DNA of 59,435 bases, filler included, from Circinaria calcarea (GCA_051942165.1; 5 parts of 5 records of this genome joined end to end with filler, not necessarily neighbours in it), one strand, 5' to 3'. Positions 23,973-38,689 are shown, numbered from the whole stretch's first letter. Program-made: numbers and translations. Notes: generated from the sequence alone by a model not told the origin.

Positions 23973-25867
23973 ATGATGGACGATGACACTGGATCTCCAG
24001 AGGACGAACGCGCAGTCGAGCTCTCTACCATAGCAGCCATCTTTCCGGAACTGGCCTTTGACCCTGCAGATTCATTTACTGCATCAATAGACCTTCCGGT
24101 CACTCCAGCAAAGCCACTTGCTGTACGGTTTCTTGCCTTGACTGGAGATGCGGTACCTAAAGGCATTCCAACACCTCCAAATTCGGAAAGCGCCAGTGAT
24201 GAGACGTTAGTACATGTAGGAGCTACTCTGGCAGTACAGAATGTTCGACATCTTTCGCACCTGCCTCCCATAACGCTAAAAGTGTCACTTCCGTGTGACT
24301 ACCCTGCGAGAGGTCCTCCAGTCTTTCACTTAGCGTCTCAACTGTCCTGGATACCAGACACTAAATTGCGCGAGCTTGAAGGTGCGGGGCATGCAATATG
24401 GGAGGATATGGGACGAGATCAGACTGTGTATGCATATATCGACTACCTACAACTGCAGGCAGAAGATTGCTTCGGGCTTCGGTCTGATGGAGATGCGTTA
24501 AAACTGTCAAAGGATCTTGAAATCTCACTTCTGGACTACGATATAAAGGCGAAGAGGATTGTCTTTGAGCAGCAAACCTTTGAATGCGGAGTCTGCTTGG
24601 GTATGGCACTTGGACGATATGTATTTAGGTGAGAAAGCTAACAATCTTCGGTCCAGAACCCAAGAAAGGCTCAGTATGCCATCGATTGCTACTTTGCTCC
24701 CACGTCTTCTGTGTCGGATGTCTTCAGGACTTTTACAACAACTGCATTACGGAAGGTGATATCACTAATGTTAAATGTCTTGCTCCAAACTGTGATAAGG
24801 AGGCGAATGCACAACCCACGCCAGGTTCAACGCAGCGAAGGAAACGACGCCGCAAGGGTGACCGAACTTTGGATCCAAGTGAACTCCTCCAAATTCCCCT
24901 TGACCAGGAAACCGTCCAGAGATACGTAAAGCTAAAACGCAAAAAGTTGCTCGAATCCGACCGGACAACGGTCTACTGTCCAAGGCAATGGTGTCAAGGT
25001 GCTGCACGATCAAAGAAATATCCCAAGGCAGAGGATTTTGCACAATTTGCGGAGTCGGAGTCTGAAGGGGAGGAAGAGCTACCTCAGAAGTACGACCCAA
25101 ACGCAAACCAAGAGGCGTTACCACCACCAAACGAACGGCTTGCCATATGCGAGGATTGTTCTTTCGCCTTCTGCAAAGTCTGCAAATCAGGCTGGCATGG
25201 AGAATTCGCTAGATGCTTCCCACGGCGGCAATATGAACTGACAGCTGAGGAGAAGGCGACTGCAGAATACATGAAGGCTCATACCACCGCTTGTCCGACT
25301 TGTGACGCCCGTTGTCAGAAGACGATGGGGTGTAACCACATGATCTGCTTTAAGTGCAACGCACATTTCTGCTACTTATGTAGCGCTTGGCTGATGGAAG
25401 ATAACCCTTATGTCCATTTCAACACCCCTTGGACCTCCTGTTACATGAGATTGTGGGAGCTCGAAGAAGGTGACGGGATAGGCGTCGTTAGGGCGCCCGA
25501 AGCTAGAGTACCGCCTGTTGAGGTTGAATTCGTGGAAGAAACTGACGACGAGGTTAACGCCGCTCCTCCTGCCCCTGCTCCGCCACAAGCGCCAGCAATT
25601 GCGCGCCGAGCAAACGGCGCCGTCAATGCCCCTCCACAAGCAGTGCATGATAACCAAAATGGTGTCCGAGTGAATGCACGGATACAACAAGGGCTTGCTC
25701 GACCCCAACCCATTCTCCCGGCCCAGAATCGAGGTCCCCCGGTTCAAGGACTTCAGCGGTTCCTTCGAATGGTCGAGAACGATGAAGAGGATGAGTGGGA
25801 TAGTGATGAATTGGACGAACGTGGGATGGATAGGGATGATGAGCGATCGGACATTATAGTCCGATAA
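23973..25867 (+). CDS. ITT1: RWD-domain RBR E3 ubiquitin ligase (Itt1/RNF14-like), intron 24601-24656
   Basis: N-terminal RWD (ELSTIAAIFPE, HLPPITL..LP.DYP), RING1 CGVC..CSHVFCVGC, an IBR, and RING2 CPTC..KTMGCNHMIC..CNAHFCYLC. Confidence 0.85.
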
Positions 25868-26434
25868 AACGCTCCCAGTCACGATATCAAAGTCGATGAG
25901 AGGACCGATGGATACTTGCTGCATAGCGCGGAGTTCTCGAAATAGCCCGTTGGGATATAGCATAGGTCAGGTCGCGGCGATATCTGTATGTAGCCATCAT
26001 GCTATCAATAAACAATTAAAAATCTAACCAAAATCCTCCAACTCTTCACCCTTTCTCCATCTTGTGTTCTCGTGATCTGAGGTCCCATGTTTGATGCCGC
26101 ATAATCGTTTAATATTATCCATAAACGATAATCTACATGTAAATTGGTACTGTCGCTGTAAGGGGATGACATGGATTCTGGTTGCGGACAGGGGTCATCG
26201 TCGTCACCGATTCGTACTTCCTTTGCCCCGCCAAAGAAAGTATGCTCTTGCTGCTTCAGCATTCCACCGAGCCGACTATTTCTTGTCTACACTCTATTCC
26301 GTGAGGATCCAGAGTACTGAGAAACAGTGCCTTATCTTTGGACAGCAATCAAGCTTCCATGCATTCCCATTACAACTAAACTCACGCTGAGGCTATCCCA
26401 CTTCGCGCGTGGAGAACCCCCTCCTTCCGCTCAG

Positions 26435-29186
26435 ATGACCGCGAGCTCTCCAACATTGCAAATGACCCCACCGCCTTCGCCCCCTTCGCCATCTGCGTCT
26501 TTCTATGATTTGAGTGATGACGAAGAAGGAGAGTACAATACTATCATGCACAGTACTTCCGGGCGGGGAGTGAAGCTGCTGTTCTCAAAAAGCAAGGTGA
26601 GCTACCCCAGGGTGGAGGGGGGCATCCAGGACTCAACTAATACGGTGCCGTAACTATTAAATACGGATATAGGTTTACATCCATCCGACCCCATCTTCTA
26701 AAGATAATATCCCTGGCTTCATCGCTCTGATTCAGCAGAAGCCCTCGGCCGCTGAACCACAGGAACGTCCAACCTCATCTTCTTCCGCTAAAAGTCTTAA
26801 AGCTTCTTCTCTACTATTGTCGTGGGTACCCGAGTCATCACTAGGTGATGCACTCGATGCCTACGTCAAGGTAGATCTGTCAGACTCCTCCTCGCCCCCC
26901 AAACAAACTCCTCTTGTACCGCCGCCACCAACCACCACAGTTCACAGTAGTGCTATCGGCACCTACTCGTTTGCTGTGCCTGTCAGTGAAATATACTCGC
27001 TATTAGTGAGGCCGCCAAGTCTGGGATGGTGGTTCGGTAGTGTCGTTATCAATACTCGAGCCGGTGATAGCTTTCCGGCTCTATTCTTTCACGACAGCGA
27101 GTGTCAGTCTACAATTCTACAGAAGAAACGTCTTGTACGGGAAAGCTTTGATCCTTTTGGTGAAACCGGTGGCACATTCTGGGGCGGCGATGAAGTTCTC
27201 CGTTGGCTCAAGAACTATGTAGCAGTGGAAAAGTCGGGGGCAGACCCGTCTGTGTATCTTATAGAGCCGAGCGCAGAGGACAAACTAGGGTTCGGTTCGA
27301 ATCCAGGATCTCCTACTAGCAGCACAGCAACCGGGAGCAAGGCAGCCAGACAAACTGGAGTAGTAACAGGAAGCTCGAGTTCAAATTCCGGCGGTCGAGA
27401 TGCAGGAATGGATCCATTTACAAAGGTGCTGAAGCAAGCGCGCTGGAGTTTCTTGGAGAAGATGAGTCAAGTGACGACTTTTACAAAGCGGACGGCACAA
27501 GATATTGTCGAGAACCCAAAGGTACCCCCACAGGTGCGGCGCCTGATGAAGAATCCGGAAGTTCAAACATTGCAAGATGAATTTGACAGTGCGAGGGTAT
27601 ACCTTGCAAGATGGGCTGCAGGGATTGCGGAGCAGGGTGAAAAGGATAGGGCGCAACGAATTTGGACTGCAAGAGATGTCCTGGAAATGGAGGATAGTGA
27701 CGTTGGAGAATTCGAGATTCTGGACATGGACGCTAGTGGGATGTCCTTGGCCGACAAGAGGAAACCGGTCACGTTGAAGGAATTGAGCGGCTTCTTCGAT
27801 TCGCAGACCGGCCGACTTCAGATCACACCTGATGAAGTCAAGGAACGGATCTTCCACGGCGGTCTAGACCCCAATGACGGGGTCAGAAAAGAAGCCTGGC
27901 TCTTCTTGCTAGGCGTTTACGATTGGGATAGCACATCGGACGAGAGGAAGGCGATTATCAACAGCAAAAGAGACGAGTTCGTGAGGCTGAAGGGTGCATG
28001 GTGGGAGCGAATGGTCGATGGTAGCGGTACAACCGAAGACAGTGATTGGTGGAAAGAGCAGAAGGGAAGGATAGGTAGATCTGCCCGTCCATCCGCGGCT
28101 TATAAGCTTGGAAGGCTGACTCATCCCATTGCTTTGGGGTTCGGCATATAGAAAAGGACGTTCATCGTACTGATCGAAACATCAAGCTATTTGAAGGAGA
28201 GGACATCCCTCACCCTGACCCGGATTCTCCATTCGCAGATGTCGGCACCAATGTGCATCTGGAACAGATGAAAGACATGCTTCTAACATACAACGAATAC
28301 AATCGCGACCTTGGCTATGTGCAGGGTATGAGTGACCTATTAGCGCCAATCTATGCTGTCATGCAAGATGATGCAGTAGCATTCTGGGGCTTCGTCGGTT
28401 TTATGGGGCGTATGGTCTGTACTTACCCGACCTCTTAACTTTGTTGATCATAACCCGTACTAACAACTTTCAGGAACGTAATTTCTTGCGGGATCAGTCT
28501 GGCATGCGAGCGCAGCTTTTGACCTTGGACCATCTTGTTCAACTCATGGATCCTAAACTTTACACGCATTTACAATCTGCCGACTCCACCAACTTCTTCT
28601 TCTTCTTCCGTATGCTGCTTGTGTGGTACAAACGGGAGTTTGAGTGGCCCGATGTTCTCCGACTATGGGAGATATTATGGACAGACTATTTGAGTAGTGG
28701 CTTCCACCTCTTCGTGGCTCTGGCAATCCTGGAGAAGCATAGGGATGTAATCATGCAGCATCTACAGCATTTTGACGAGGTTCTCAAGTATGGTAGGTTA
28801 ATGGATCCAGTCGCCGACTCGACAAAGCTCAAGACTAATACATCTTAGTGAATGAACTAGCGAATACTATCGATCTCCAATCAACAATCATCCGTGCAGA
28901 AGGTCTTTTCCGCCGCTTCCAGCGTACAGTTGAGGTTATCGACAAGAAGCATAATTTCCCCGCGCCCAGTGTTCGACAACGCAAACCAGGTAATGCCGAT
29001 CAAGGCGGGCCAAGTAGTGCTGCTACAGGTATTGATGCTAGTAAGAGCATCGGGAAAGCCGTCGCGCAGGATGGCGGAGCAGAGAAGCCGAAGGTGATCA
29101 GTCCAGAATTGAGGCAATTACTCAGCCGGAACATTGTTGTCCTGGACAAGAAAGACATTGTCGAACACGGTGGTGGGATTAACTGA
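26435..29186 (+). CDS. GYP7: Rab GTPase-activating protein Gyp7 (TBC domain), multi-exon
   Basis: VKLLFSKSKVYIHP, FPALFFHDSEC, VRKEAWLFLLGVY, IEKDVHRTDR, YVQGMSDLLAP and FFFFRMLLVWYKREF. Confidence 0.92.
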
Positions 29187-30062
29187 AGGTCGGAGACGAG
29201 AAGGAAGGGAAGCCTTTGTAAGACCTTAGTTTCATTGGCGGAGGCGTACCGGCAGATCTGGACAATGTTGACTGGCATTTAACACGGGACTTGGGTGGAA
29301 TGATGATGGATGGTGTTTTGGCCAGCTGAACTTCCGGGCGATAGCCAAGAGCGGTTTCTGTAGATATACCCAATCTGTTTATGAAATGGAATACCATCTA
29401 TTAACTTATTTCGGCCGTCGGTAGTCCCCCCTAAATACAGCCTGATGATAACGGCCACACCTTTGTACCCTGATCAGGCAATACTCCAAAGGGACTGAAC
29501 CCGAAATTCCGTGGCACTGCTGTACAAACTGCCTTTAGTTCCGCGGAATTGAAATCGGAAACCTTTATATCGTGATTACATATGCCTTCTCGTGCTGGCG
29601 ACACTGGCCGGATTGAATGCTTTACTTTTTGCCGCCACTGCAGCTATTATAATGCAATGTATTACGGGAGGGTGTGCTTTGGCAGCCCCTTCGCTAATTG
29701 ATTGATAAGTACGACGTGTGATTGGGTGAAATGAGTTCGTTGAAGATGGCTTAAGATGGCCTAAGATGGCGTAGCGTCGACGTTATGCGGGGCATAATCC
29801 AGGTACCGGGAAACCTTCTTCTCGACCCTGCATGCCTGCATAAAGCTTTCCCCGGATTGACAAGTGTGGCCGTTTGTTCGGGCATGGGCGTGTAGATAAA
29901 TAGGTGGACGGCCCGGCTTGTTCTGGAGTTTGCGATTCTGTGCTTCAGGTGCCCCCCCCTTCTCTCGATTCCGACAACCACCCCATCCCGAACTGGGAAA
30001 TCTTCAACGCCTACCATGTCTCGTTCAAAGCGACGTTGAATGACGGTGCCCATGGACGCACA

Positions 30063-33000
30063 ATGAGCCAATTAAACGCCGACCCCACCGTGCTAAGTCC
30101 AACGTCGCGCTTTCCACCTTATGCCTACCGTTCTAGCCCTACCTCCCCTTCGCGCTCGCCGGAGCGGCGGCAGCGGTTTTCCAATGTCGAACTTGACCCG
30201 CTACTGGGAAACCTATCCCCGGGCTCGACACTCAAAGCCCTCACCGACACAAATGCCGTGTCCATTGAGCAAGTGCACAACAGCAATCCACTATCTAGTA
30301 GCGTTGCCAATGCGTCAATGGCAGAACGAGCTTTGGGTATACGTGCTGCGCTGGCAGGAAAGAAACTCCGAGAATGGTACAGCGAGGTGCGGGGTTGGCA
30401 TTGGCCACGCACTGGATTTGTGAAGCCATCTGCAAACGAGGGGCTCGCTGGTAGGGTTGGTGAAAATGATCATGAAAATCAATTGAGCCAGGTGGTGGCA
30501 GGGGTAACGGAGGCACAAAATGAGGGCGGGGGACAGCAGGTTTACTGGGGCTCTCTACCTGCAACGGCGGTCCAAGAACTCGAGAAGAGAATTGAGACCA
30601 TAAAAGATGGCATGGAAGACCTGGGTATTGAGGGGTTGAAAGACCATATAAGAGAAGCCTACATATCCCGATCAAGACCCACCTCCTCCTACAGCGTTCA
30701 AAGCTCACTATCTATTCTCTCCGATCAGAATCGACTCGATGACTTCACTGTTCTGATCACAGCTACCATCATGCAGGCCTTACCGTATATATCCCGTCTC
30801 AACGCTCTGCTATATACCTGGTCAACACGTTTGATAGTGCTACGCCAAGTACCAGGGTGGATCAAGAAGATGGAAGACACCCAGATCGTTCTAAAAGCTG
30901 CATGGCGGTCGATTGGGAGGATCAGAGTCGACGAGAGATGGGTCGATTCGGATCTCACCAGAACGGCATTCTTAACGATGAAGTCTATCTCGGAAGAGAA
31001 GATCGCAGTGCTCGGCCAGAGGACGGACGCTATGCTGGACTTACTGGAAGGTAGGGAGGATACCTTACCAGACGAATGGATGGACCACATGGATAGTGTA
31101 GAGGAGGAATATCAAGCTTGGCTAGCGGAAGCGGAGAGAGTAGTCGAAGTAAATGAGTTGAGAGAAGAGGCAAAGGGAAAAGCAATAATCTCTACAGTGG
31201 CAGGAGGGCCTTTTCCGGGCATCTTTGCCAATGCTACAACAAATTCCGTAATGACCCCTAGAATTCCTTCTAGTGATGCGGTAACGGGAGCAAATCACGC
31301 AATCGCCTTGGGAGACGACTCCTCTATGCTTCTACCGATGGTGGTCAATGGAGTAGGACAAGAACGACAATATGATAGCTTTGATGGCATCTCCGATCTG
31401 GATAGAAGCAGGCAAGCAGTAGAAAACGACAGCACTGCTTTCCGAGAAGATGAAGGAGATATTCTTGAGAATCTCAAGGAGAATAATGAAGTTGGAGGTG
31501 TCCCTGCCGAAAGATCTCTATCCTACGTGAAAAAAGAACCCGTACCCCACTCTGGTAGCCAAAGACGGTCCCTCCATACCTTACAAGAACCAAATAATGA
31601 GGATTCAAGACCACAAGATGGCGTAGGGTCACCTACTCAACCTCGTACAGGGTTTTCATTAGAGTCAGCATACTTTGAATTGCCGGATGGATCTTCTAAC
31701 CACATGAAGCATTCGGGACTTGAACGAATGGGGCTTGTTCGGAACGATGGAGACTATAATTCCATCCCACAGAGAGAGGAACGTTTAGAGCAGGCCAAGG
31801 ACCAGGAGTCGACGTATTTTACGAATGGACATCTCCACTCTCTACCAGAAGCCAGGCACCCAACTGGACATAGGCCTGCCCCTTTGGATCTACGGCAGGA
31901 AAATGCACACTATGATGCCAATTTATCCTCTGATACGTCTCGACCAGGTTCCGCAGTATCAGGATCCTTTTCCAACATGTCAAGCCCAGAGATCCTTAGT
32001 GCTTCACGAGTCGAGTATTTCGGAACCCCAACGGAGGTAATGTCTCCTATTTGGCCGTCTAGAGAATCCGTGACTCCACATGACACGATCTCTCGTCAAT
32101 CCAGCCAACGTACCGAGACGGCTCTCAGTACATTAAAAACGGATGGTATTTCTTCCGAATCGATATCACGCCTATCCCCGCAGAGTCAACCACCAAGTCT
32201 CGTACCAGCACCTACTGTACCTGAAAGTCCTGTGTCTGCTGTATCCAATATGACCTACGGTGAAACCGAGAAGCCTCAATTCGAGTTGAGAAGAGCTTCG
32301 GCTACTTCTGTTGAGGTTAAGTCAATACGTGAAGTATGTATACCTTTATAACTGCCTTCGCCCCTTCTGTTCAAGCACTAAGTATAACTTAGGTTCGAAG
32401 CATTACGGTATTGAGAAGCTCCAGCTATTCGTCAACTTCATCAACTTCATCGACTCAAAAGCGCTTGAGGGGCGAAGGGCCCTTGCTAGAGGAACTATCC
32501 TTGTACGCGGATTCGCATTCTATTGACGAGGCTAAATCCCGTTTCAAAGAAAGGCTACAATTATCTCCTGGTATTATCGACGACCCAGACCATTCTGTTT
32601 TGATACGGTCTCAAAGTTTACAGCGGTCGATATCTAAGTCGCAGAGCAAGCTGGACTTCTTATCCAAATTTCCAAAGGTTCCTTCAAGGTCACCGGGGCG
32701 TCTGTTGAACAAATCGCTACTAAATCACGGACGGGCTTCTCCAAAGGCAAGAGGAGATGCAGAAATCGTTAGCGATTCTGATAATCATGGGACCTTCTAC
32801 GACGATAATACCACAGGCGCTACTACCCCACTAAAGACTACTGAGGACCAGCTTGAGGAACGGATTAGCTCTATTCTTACAAATATACCAGGCCGAATAC
32901 GGCTGACCTCTGGACCTGGGATCAATTCAGTAGAAGTACAAGGACCTAGGGCACCTTCAGGGTCCAAAAAGTCCGACGTGATGTTTCCACCCATGCGTCT

Positions 33001-33760
33001 GGCTCGAGCTCAAAGTTCGACGTCTTCGTTAACTTTATCGCCGGCTTACTCTAAAGTATCGAAATCAAAACCACAGACTGGAGAATCGGAGATTAAGCTA
33101 TATCATCTACATCAGCCTGGAAAGGATGTGCCGATTAAACTGTTTGTAAGACTTGTTGGTGAGAATGGTGAGCGCGTGATGGTTAGGGTCGGTGGCGGCT
33201 GGGCAGATCTTGGGGAGTACCTGAAAGAGTATGCAAGTCATCATGGTCGGCGATCTGTCGTGGACGGCAGATTTGAGGTACATGGGCTTCCGTCAGCGCA
33301 TTCCGGTTCGTCCGTGACTACTTTAGCTGGTGGCTCCAGTGGGTGGTCAACCCCATCGAGCACACCAGGTTCTCCCGAATACCGACCTAGCTCCTCACAC
33401 CTTAGCATCAGGAAACTTAAACTCTCGAGCGAGTCTCCTGTCAATCCAGGGAATCCGAGCACCCCGGACGTGTCGAACCGGAGGCAGCAAAACGCCACCC
33501 CTGGATCGGCTGACACCGCTACGTCAAACCGGCGCTCCTCTTCTCCGTGGGTGGAAGATGATACCCCTCTGGGTTTGGCAGGCCCAAGGAGCAAGAATAC
33601 CGACATATCACCTGGTAAACAAGCATGGGTGGACGGTATGGTCGACCAGGCCAGAAAAGCTAGCGGTGAGAAGAAACGAGTGGGGGTGGGGGATTTTGGA
33701 GATCTCGGAAAGCTAGGTGGAACGAGAAGAGTCTTCTTTCGGTCGAGTAAAGGTGACTGA
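30063..33760 (+). CDS. GAS2/GAR-domain cytoskeletal protein, 2 exons (intron ~32334-32391)
   Basis: C-terminal PIKLFVRLVGENGERVMVRVGGGWADLGEYLKEY is the GAR signature. The start codon is uncertain. Confidence 0.8.
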
Positions 33761-34586
33761 TCAATGAGGGAGGATTTGGAAGATGTGTGTTCCCATTAGT
33801 ATCAGGGTTTGGTACCGGACGGTATCGGCAGCATGTCTGCTTGGTTTGATGTAATGATGTCTTAGCGAACGATACCTTATGATGTTTGCAAAACCCTACA
33901 ATTCGGGTAATTTGGAGGACCTTCTTGGTTTTTCTTGTCCCCCTGACCAGTCACCCACATGAGGTAGAATTACACACGATTATTTAGAATTTTGCAACTG
34001 CTGAGATGTCCCGGTTTATTCATGCCCGAAAATGCTTCCAAAGCGTACACGGTTCGTTCACGTCAGAGCAAACAATGTTAAGGGGATAATCGCGTTGGTA
34101 CCTAGTAGCCTCCCTCTCATATGGTAAATACTTGTGGTTGCAGGGGGGAAATAATCTTTAGTACCTAAATTTTCGATATCCCCGTGTATATTTTATAAGT
34201 AACCGTATCAAAAACCTAGTAGGAAAAGGGGAAGCTGGTGGATAGGCTTTTCCGGTTATATATTCCCGCCTGTATGGTTTTTGGTTTTGGTGTAATTATT
34301 TGCAATAGAAGACTAGCGTTTTTAACTGTTTTCTACAGCGTATCGGGAAATACTCTGTACCATAGTGATTGTAACGCCGGTATTGCGATAGAGATATTGC
34401 CACAGTAATTTTTTAATGGATAATAACTTGGTATGGTAGATTTGCGAGAATAGTTTCTATGAGGATGATTTCAGTAGCCGGCCTTTAGGAGTCAAATGTG
34501 GACTATGAAGAACGATGGGTGGGGTATGAAATGCATGAAATTTTCAGTTTTATAGAAAGACAGCCGCGTGCTCGTACGATCCAGCA

Positions 34587-35630
34587 ATGAGATTCAAGGC
34601 TTCCGTGAAAAACCTGAATACTTTCACCAGTACGTGCTCTCGTGAATATGCCGCAATCCCAAACCCTAACCGTTGGCCGCCAGAACTCACATGGTCCTTG
34701 AGTTCGCTGGGAAAGGTCGCCTGGGTCCGCCTCGACGATGATCAGGTCCGCTTTACAATCATCCCGGAGCAGGGCTCTCAAGTCTGGGCGTGAGTGAAAT
34801 TCAAAATATGCCCTCAGCTGATGGGGTGATAAGGGTAGCTAAACTCCCTACAGCGTACTTTCAATCGTTTGCGTTTTCCTGATCCATTGGATGATCTGAT
34901 ACCATGGGGCTGATGTAAACCCTAGGACGCCATCTTTGAAGATTACACCATCCAATCGGCCGTAGCCAGCAACACCATCAACCTCGAAGTTCCCATCGTC
35001 CAGCTCCACCGCGCCCTCCGCTCCGCCCAAAACGCCACGTCCGCATCCCTCCGTCTCACCAAAAAGGACAACATCCCCGTCCTCTCCCTCACCATCATCA
35101 CCGCCACCCCCTTAATCAGCTCAGGTCGACCAGCCACCGGTCTCGGCCTCGAAGGACGACGCGCCTTCCCGTCCGAAGAAGGCTCCAGCGACGCTTTCCC
35201 CGACGAGGTCGGTTTCACTCACGCGGCCCAGCGGGAAACCACAATCACCCAGGACGTCGCCATCCGCGTGCTGCCGACGGCAATGGTCCAAGGCATCCAC
35301 GAGCCCCGCTGCCGCGAACCGGACGTGCACATCCTGCTGCCGGGCCTGCTCCAGCTCAAATCCATCTCGGAGCGCTTCACCAAGCTCGCCCTGTCGGCGC
35401 TCCGGAAACCGGCCGTGTCGGGCCTCGTCCCATCCGCGGGACCGCGCTTGGAGCTCGCGGCCAACATGCACGGCGAGCTGCGCGTGGGCATTCGAACCGA
35501 GGCGCTGAAAATCGAGAGTCGATGGGAAGGGCTGACGAATCCGGAATTGGATCCGGGCCAGGTCGAGGGCGGGGAGGAAGGGGTCAGGGAGCATCCGAGC
35601 ACGAGGATGAAGGAGAAGGTGGGGGAGGAG
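34587..35630 (+). CDS. HUS1: 9-1-1 checkpoint clamp subunit Hus1, truncated by the gap
   Basis: MRFKASVKN..SLGKVAWVRL..QVWA|VLSI|DAIFEDY..NTINLE..LRLTKK..EPRCREPDVHILLP..LAANMHGEL..W.GL.NP. Confidence 0.9.
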
Positions 35631-35730
35631 NNNNNNNNNNNNNNNNNNNNNNNNNNNNNNNNNNNNNNNNNNNNTTAATTAATTAANNNNNNNNNNNNNN
35701 NNNNNNNNNNNNNNNNNNNNNNNNNNNNNN
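35631..35730. other. Artificial contig spacer
   Basis: N-TTAATTAATTAA-N, 100 bp. Confidence 0.98.
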
Positions 35731-36581
35731 GTATAGTTATGGCTGATATAGGGGGAAGGGTATGGATCCCAGAAGGTTATCGATGTGGTCTTGAGTTGAG
35801 GATCTGCTGATAGGCCTGATGCGGATCTTCAACACGCCAACCTTCGATTGGGTCTATCAGGTTCGAGTCAACAACTGCCATGCTAAAGAACCTATGCTCC
35901 CGGGCTTATCGTTCCCTTAGGACGAAACAAGGGAGAGCACCAACTCTGGAACTTTAACTGGTACAACTACGGAGGTTGAAAGATCCAACCGGAGTCTTCA
36001 CGCCATAAGCCCATACTTCATTCTTCCTAGTATCCACATCTCCATACAACACACGGATCGATTTTTACCTCCTATCATCGACAACGGATTGAAAGAGGAG
36101 AACTTATATTCTATCCAGGATGCGATGCTAGACAGGTTATGCGACAACTAGGGAACCGGCAGAGAATTCCGACAATCCTGGGGCTGATTCGAGTCAAGTC
36201 TTCCCCGAGAGTTATTGGGTTGGACATTTGGTCACGAGAAGGGCGGATATGGACTTGAGAGGTTTGGCTTGAGGATGTCTGAGGTGTCATGCTTGGCTTA
36301 TGGCCTCGATTATGAGGAACATCCCGTAGCTTAGTGATTTATCATTTGGAATAGTTAGGAAGAAGAGATTCATCTACACTATGAGGACAGGAAATGATTC
36401 CCAGCACCTGGAGCAGCTCTAGTTTCAATAATCTGGGTATCATATTAGATACAGCGGCCACGCTCATCCATTCATTTATACCATCACGCCCAAAAAAAGG
36501 CAAATGCTTCAACTGTCTAGACGCATAAACGTGAGAAAAACCTTGCTCTATAGGCGTAGAAAAGGACTATGCTAGGGGGTT

Positions 36582-38169
36582 TTATGGTGAAGGGGTCGCT
36601 GCAGCTTTATCCGCTGTCTTGTGATGTGAGTGAAAGCCATGATGATGATGCTGAGTTGAGGAGTCCTCCTCTTTCGCTTCCTTCTTAGCCTTCTTCGGAT
36701 CCTTCTTCTCGTCTTTTGCTTTCTTGGTGGCGGCATCGGCCATTAATTGTTCGAAGGCCATGAAATCGCCCTCTTCGTCAGGATCTCGCTTGGCCTGTCA
36801 CGATGAAATTAGTAAATGCTGCTGCTGCAGCTGCATGTGCACGTCAGGGACTCACGTTTTGATAGATTGTTCCACAAATGATCATGGCATGTGCCCGCTC
36901 CACCCTCTTCTCCAATTTGACACTCTTGTCGTTAAGCACTTTGTCGCATACGTCTCGGAGCACCCCTTGTATCTCATATTTGCTACCTTTCCATGCGGCG
37001 GCCAAAATCTTTCCGGTCACCCTTTTCTCGTACTCTTGTTTCTTTTCATCAGTCCAGTCCTCTCCACCTTTCTCTTCCATCTTCGCCATCTCCTCCATAG
37101 TCATTTGAGCATCAATGGCCGTTGAGATAGTGTTCCAGGTCTCCTTCGCCAGGGTCCCCTTGTCCTTTAAACGAGAGAAGAAGCCTGATATCCCAAGGAA
37201 CTTTTGGGATTTGAGAAATGAGCTTGCTTTCTGTATGTATGTTGTACCAATCGAGTGCAGTATTTCCAAACCAAACGACTCCATCTTCAAGTTCTCAACT
37301 TCTAACCGTGTCTTCTCTTGAAAGGCCTTCGTGACATCATTACCCTTATCTGTCTCTGTCCATATACTGATTCGATCCAGCAGCTTCTTCGCCAAAACCT
37401 CGACCCTTTCCTCCCTGATACGTTTCCTCTCTGCCTCATATGCAGCAAGCTCTTCCCGTTGCTCTTTCGAGAGGCCTTTTTTCTTCTCCTTTTTCCGCAA
37501 CTCCTTCTCCTCGGGGGTTAAGCCGGCTGCGTCCATACGAGCGTCTTCTTCAGACCTCTCCATGATGGCTTGCTGGCCTAGCTGCCGCCTTGGAGTTGAT
37601 GCGCCAGAAGCGGAAGATGCTCTCCCAGGAGATTTGCCCCGAACTGGCAAAGTGCTAGTAGGAGTCTGCGGTGGGAGGTTACTGGAAGCGTGAGGAGGGG
37701 CTGTAGATTCCGGAAAGTTTGCGGTACCATCGGCTACTGCTGTATCCTTCTCCTTTTCCTTTGCGTCAAGTTTGGCTTCCGCAGATTCCACCGCCTCCTC
37801 TTCTTCCATCTGCTTCATCGTGATATCCATAGTCTTAGTCAAATCCTTCATTAACGAGATTTCCCCGATCAAGTCTACAAAAGCGTCGCCCCCAAAGATC
37901 ATACCGAAGAACTCAGCTGGGTCCTCGAAGCCACCACTAGGCATAGCCTGCTCCTTTCCGAACTTGTCATATTGCTTTCTCAGGGCATCGTTGCTCAGGA
38001 TCTGATATGCTTCGCCGATAGCTTGAAAGCGTGCGTGAGCTGTCTCATCACCAGGGTTCTTGTCTGGATGTGTGGTTATGGCTAATTTTCGATAAGATTT
38101 CTTTATCTCAAGTTCTGTGGCAGTAGGTTTAACGCCCAAGGCATCGTAATACGTAGTATCTACTACCAT
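36582..38169 (-). CDS. DnaJ + DnaJ-X domain protein (Djp1/Caj1-like), 2 exons
   Basis: MVVDTTYYDALGV..HPDKNP J domain, and an X-domain LKMESFGLEILHSIG..EIQGVLRDVCDKVL. The last exon AKRDPDEEGDFMAFEQLMADA follows an intron at ~36795-36856. Confidence 0.88.
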
Positions 38170-38689
38170 CTTCGCAAAGACAGTATAAATATCAAGATGT
38201 CTCGAAGGCAGGTTTGTCAAGATCTTTCCGTAGATATGGTTGGGAAGACGCGTGGTAGCTGTGGCAGTGTCCACAGCTGACTACGTCAAAATATATCTGC
38301 TTGCTATCACAGGCAAACGGGCGGATGCCGCTAGACTAATCCAAATCAACCTAAATCGGCCGCTAGGGATCTGGGTTTATCCAGACATGTCTACGGTGAC
38401 CAGGGTTGGAACGCGTCTACGGGATCTGGGGAAATTGATCTTTCAAATTCCTCGAGAGGATCGACCATCACAGGCGCACCAATTGACCTTGTGAGTGGTA
38501 CCATTACGATTTGCTACCAGCCAGCTGCACAATTACCGCCCTTTGGCCTTCCTTTTCTTCGTTTTGTACGCTGAGAATCAACTTGCTGTGAGGTGACAAG
38601 TTACGGCCTGCCAACGAACCGCTCTTTTTCACTGAACTGGAAATTTGGTGTGGACGATCCTTTGTAAATTGGGGGGTTAACTCGGAGAT

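Noticed and set aside
35731..36350. Possible 3' gene fragment at the start of contig 4
   Set aside because: Only short open stretches with no recognisable domain or consistent splice model.
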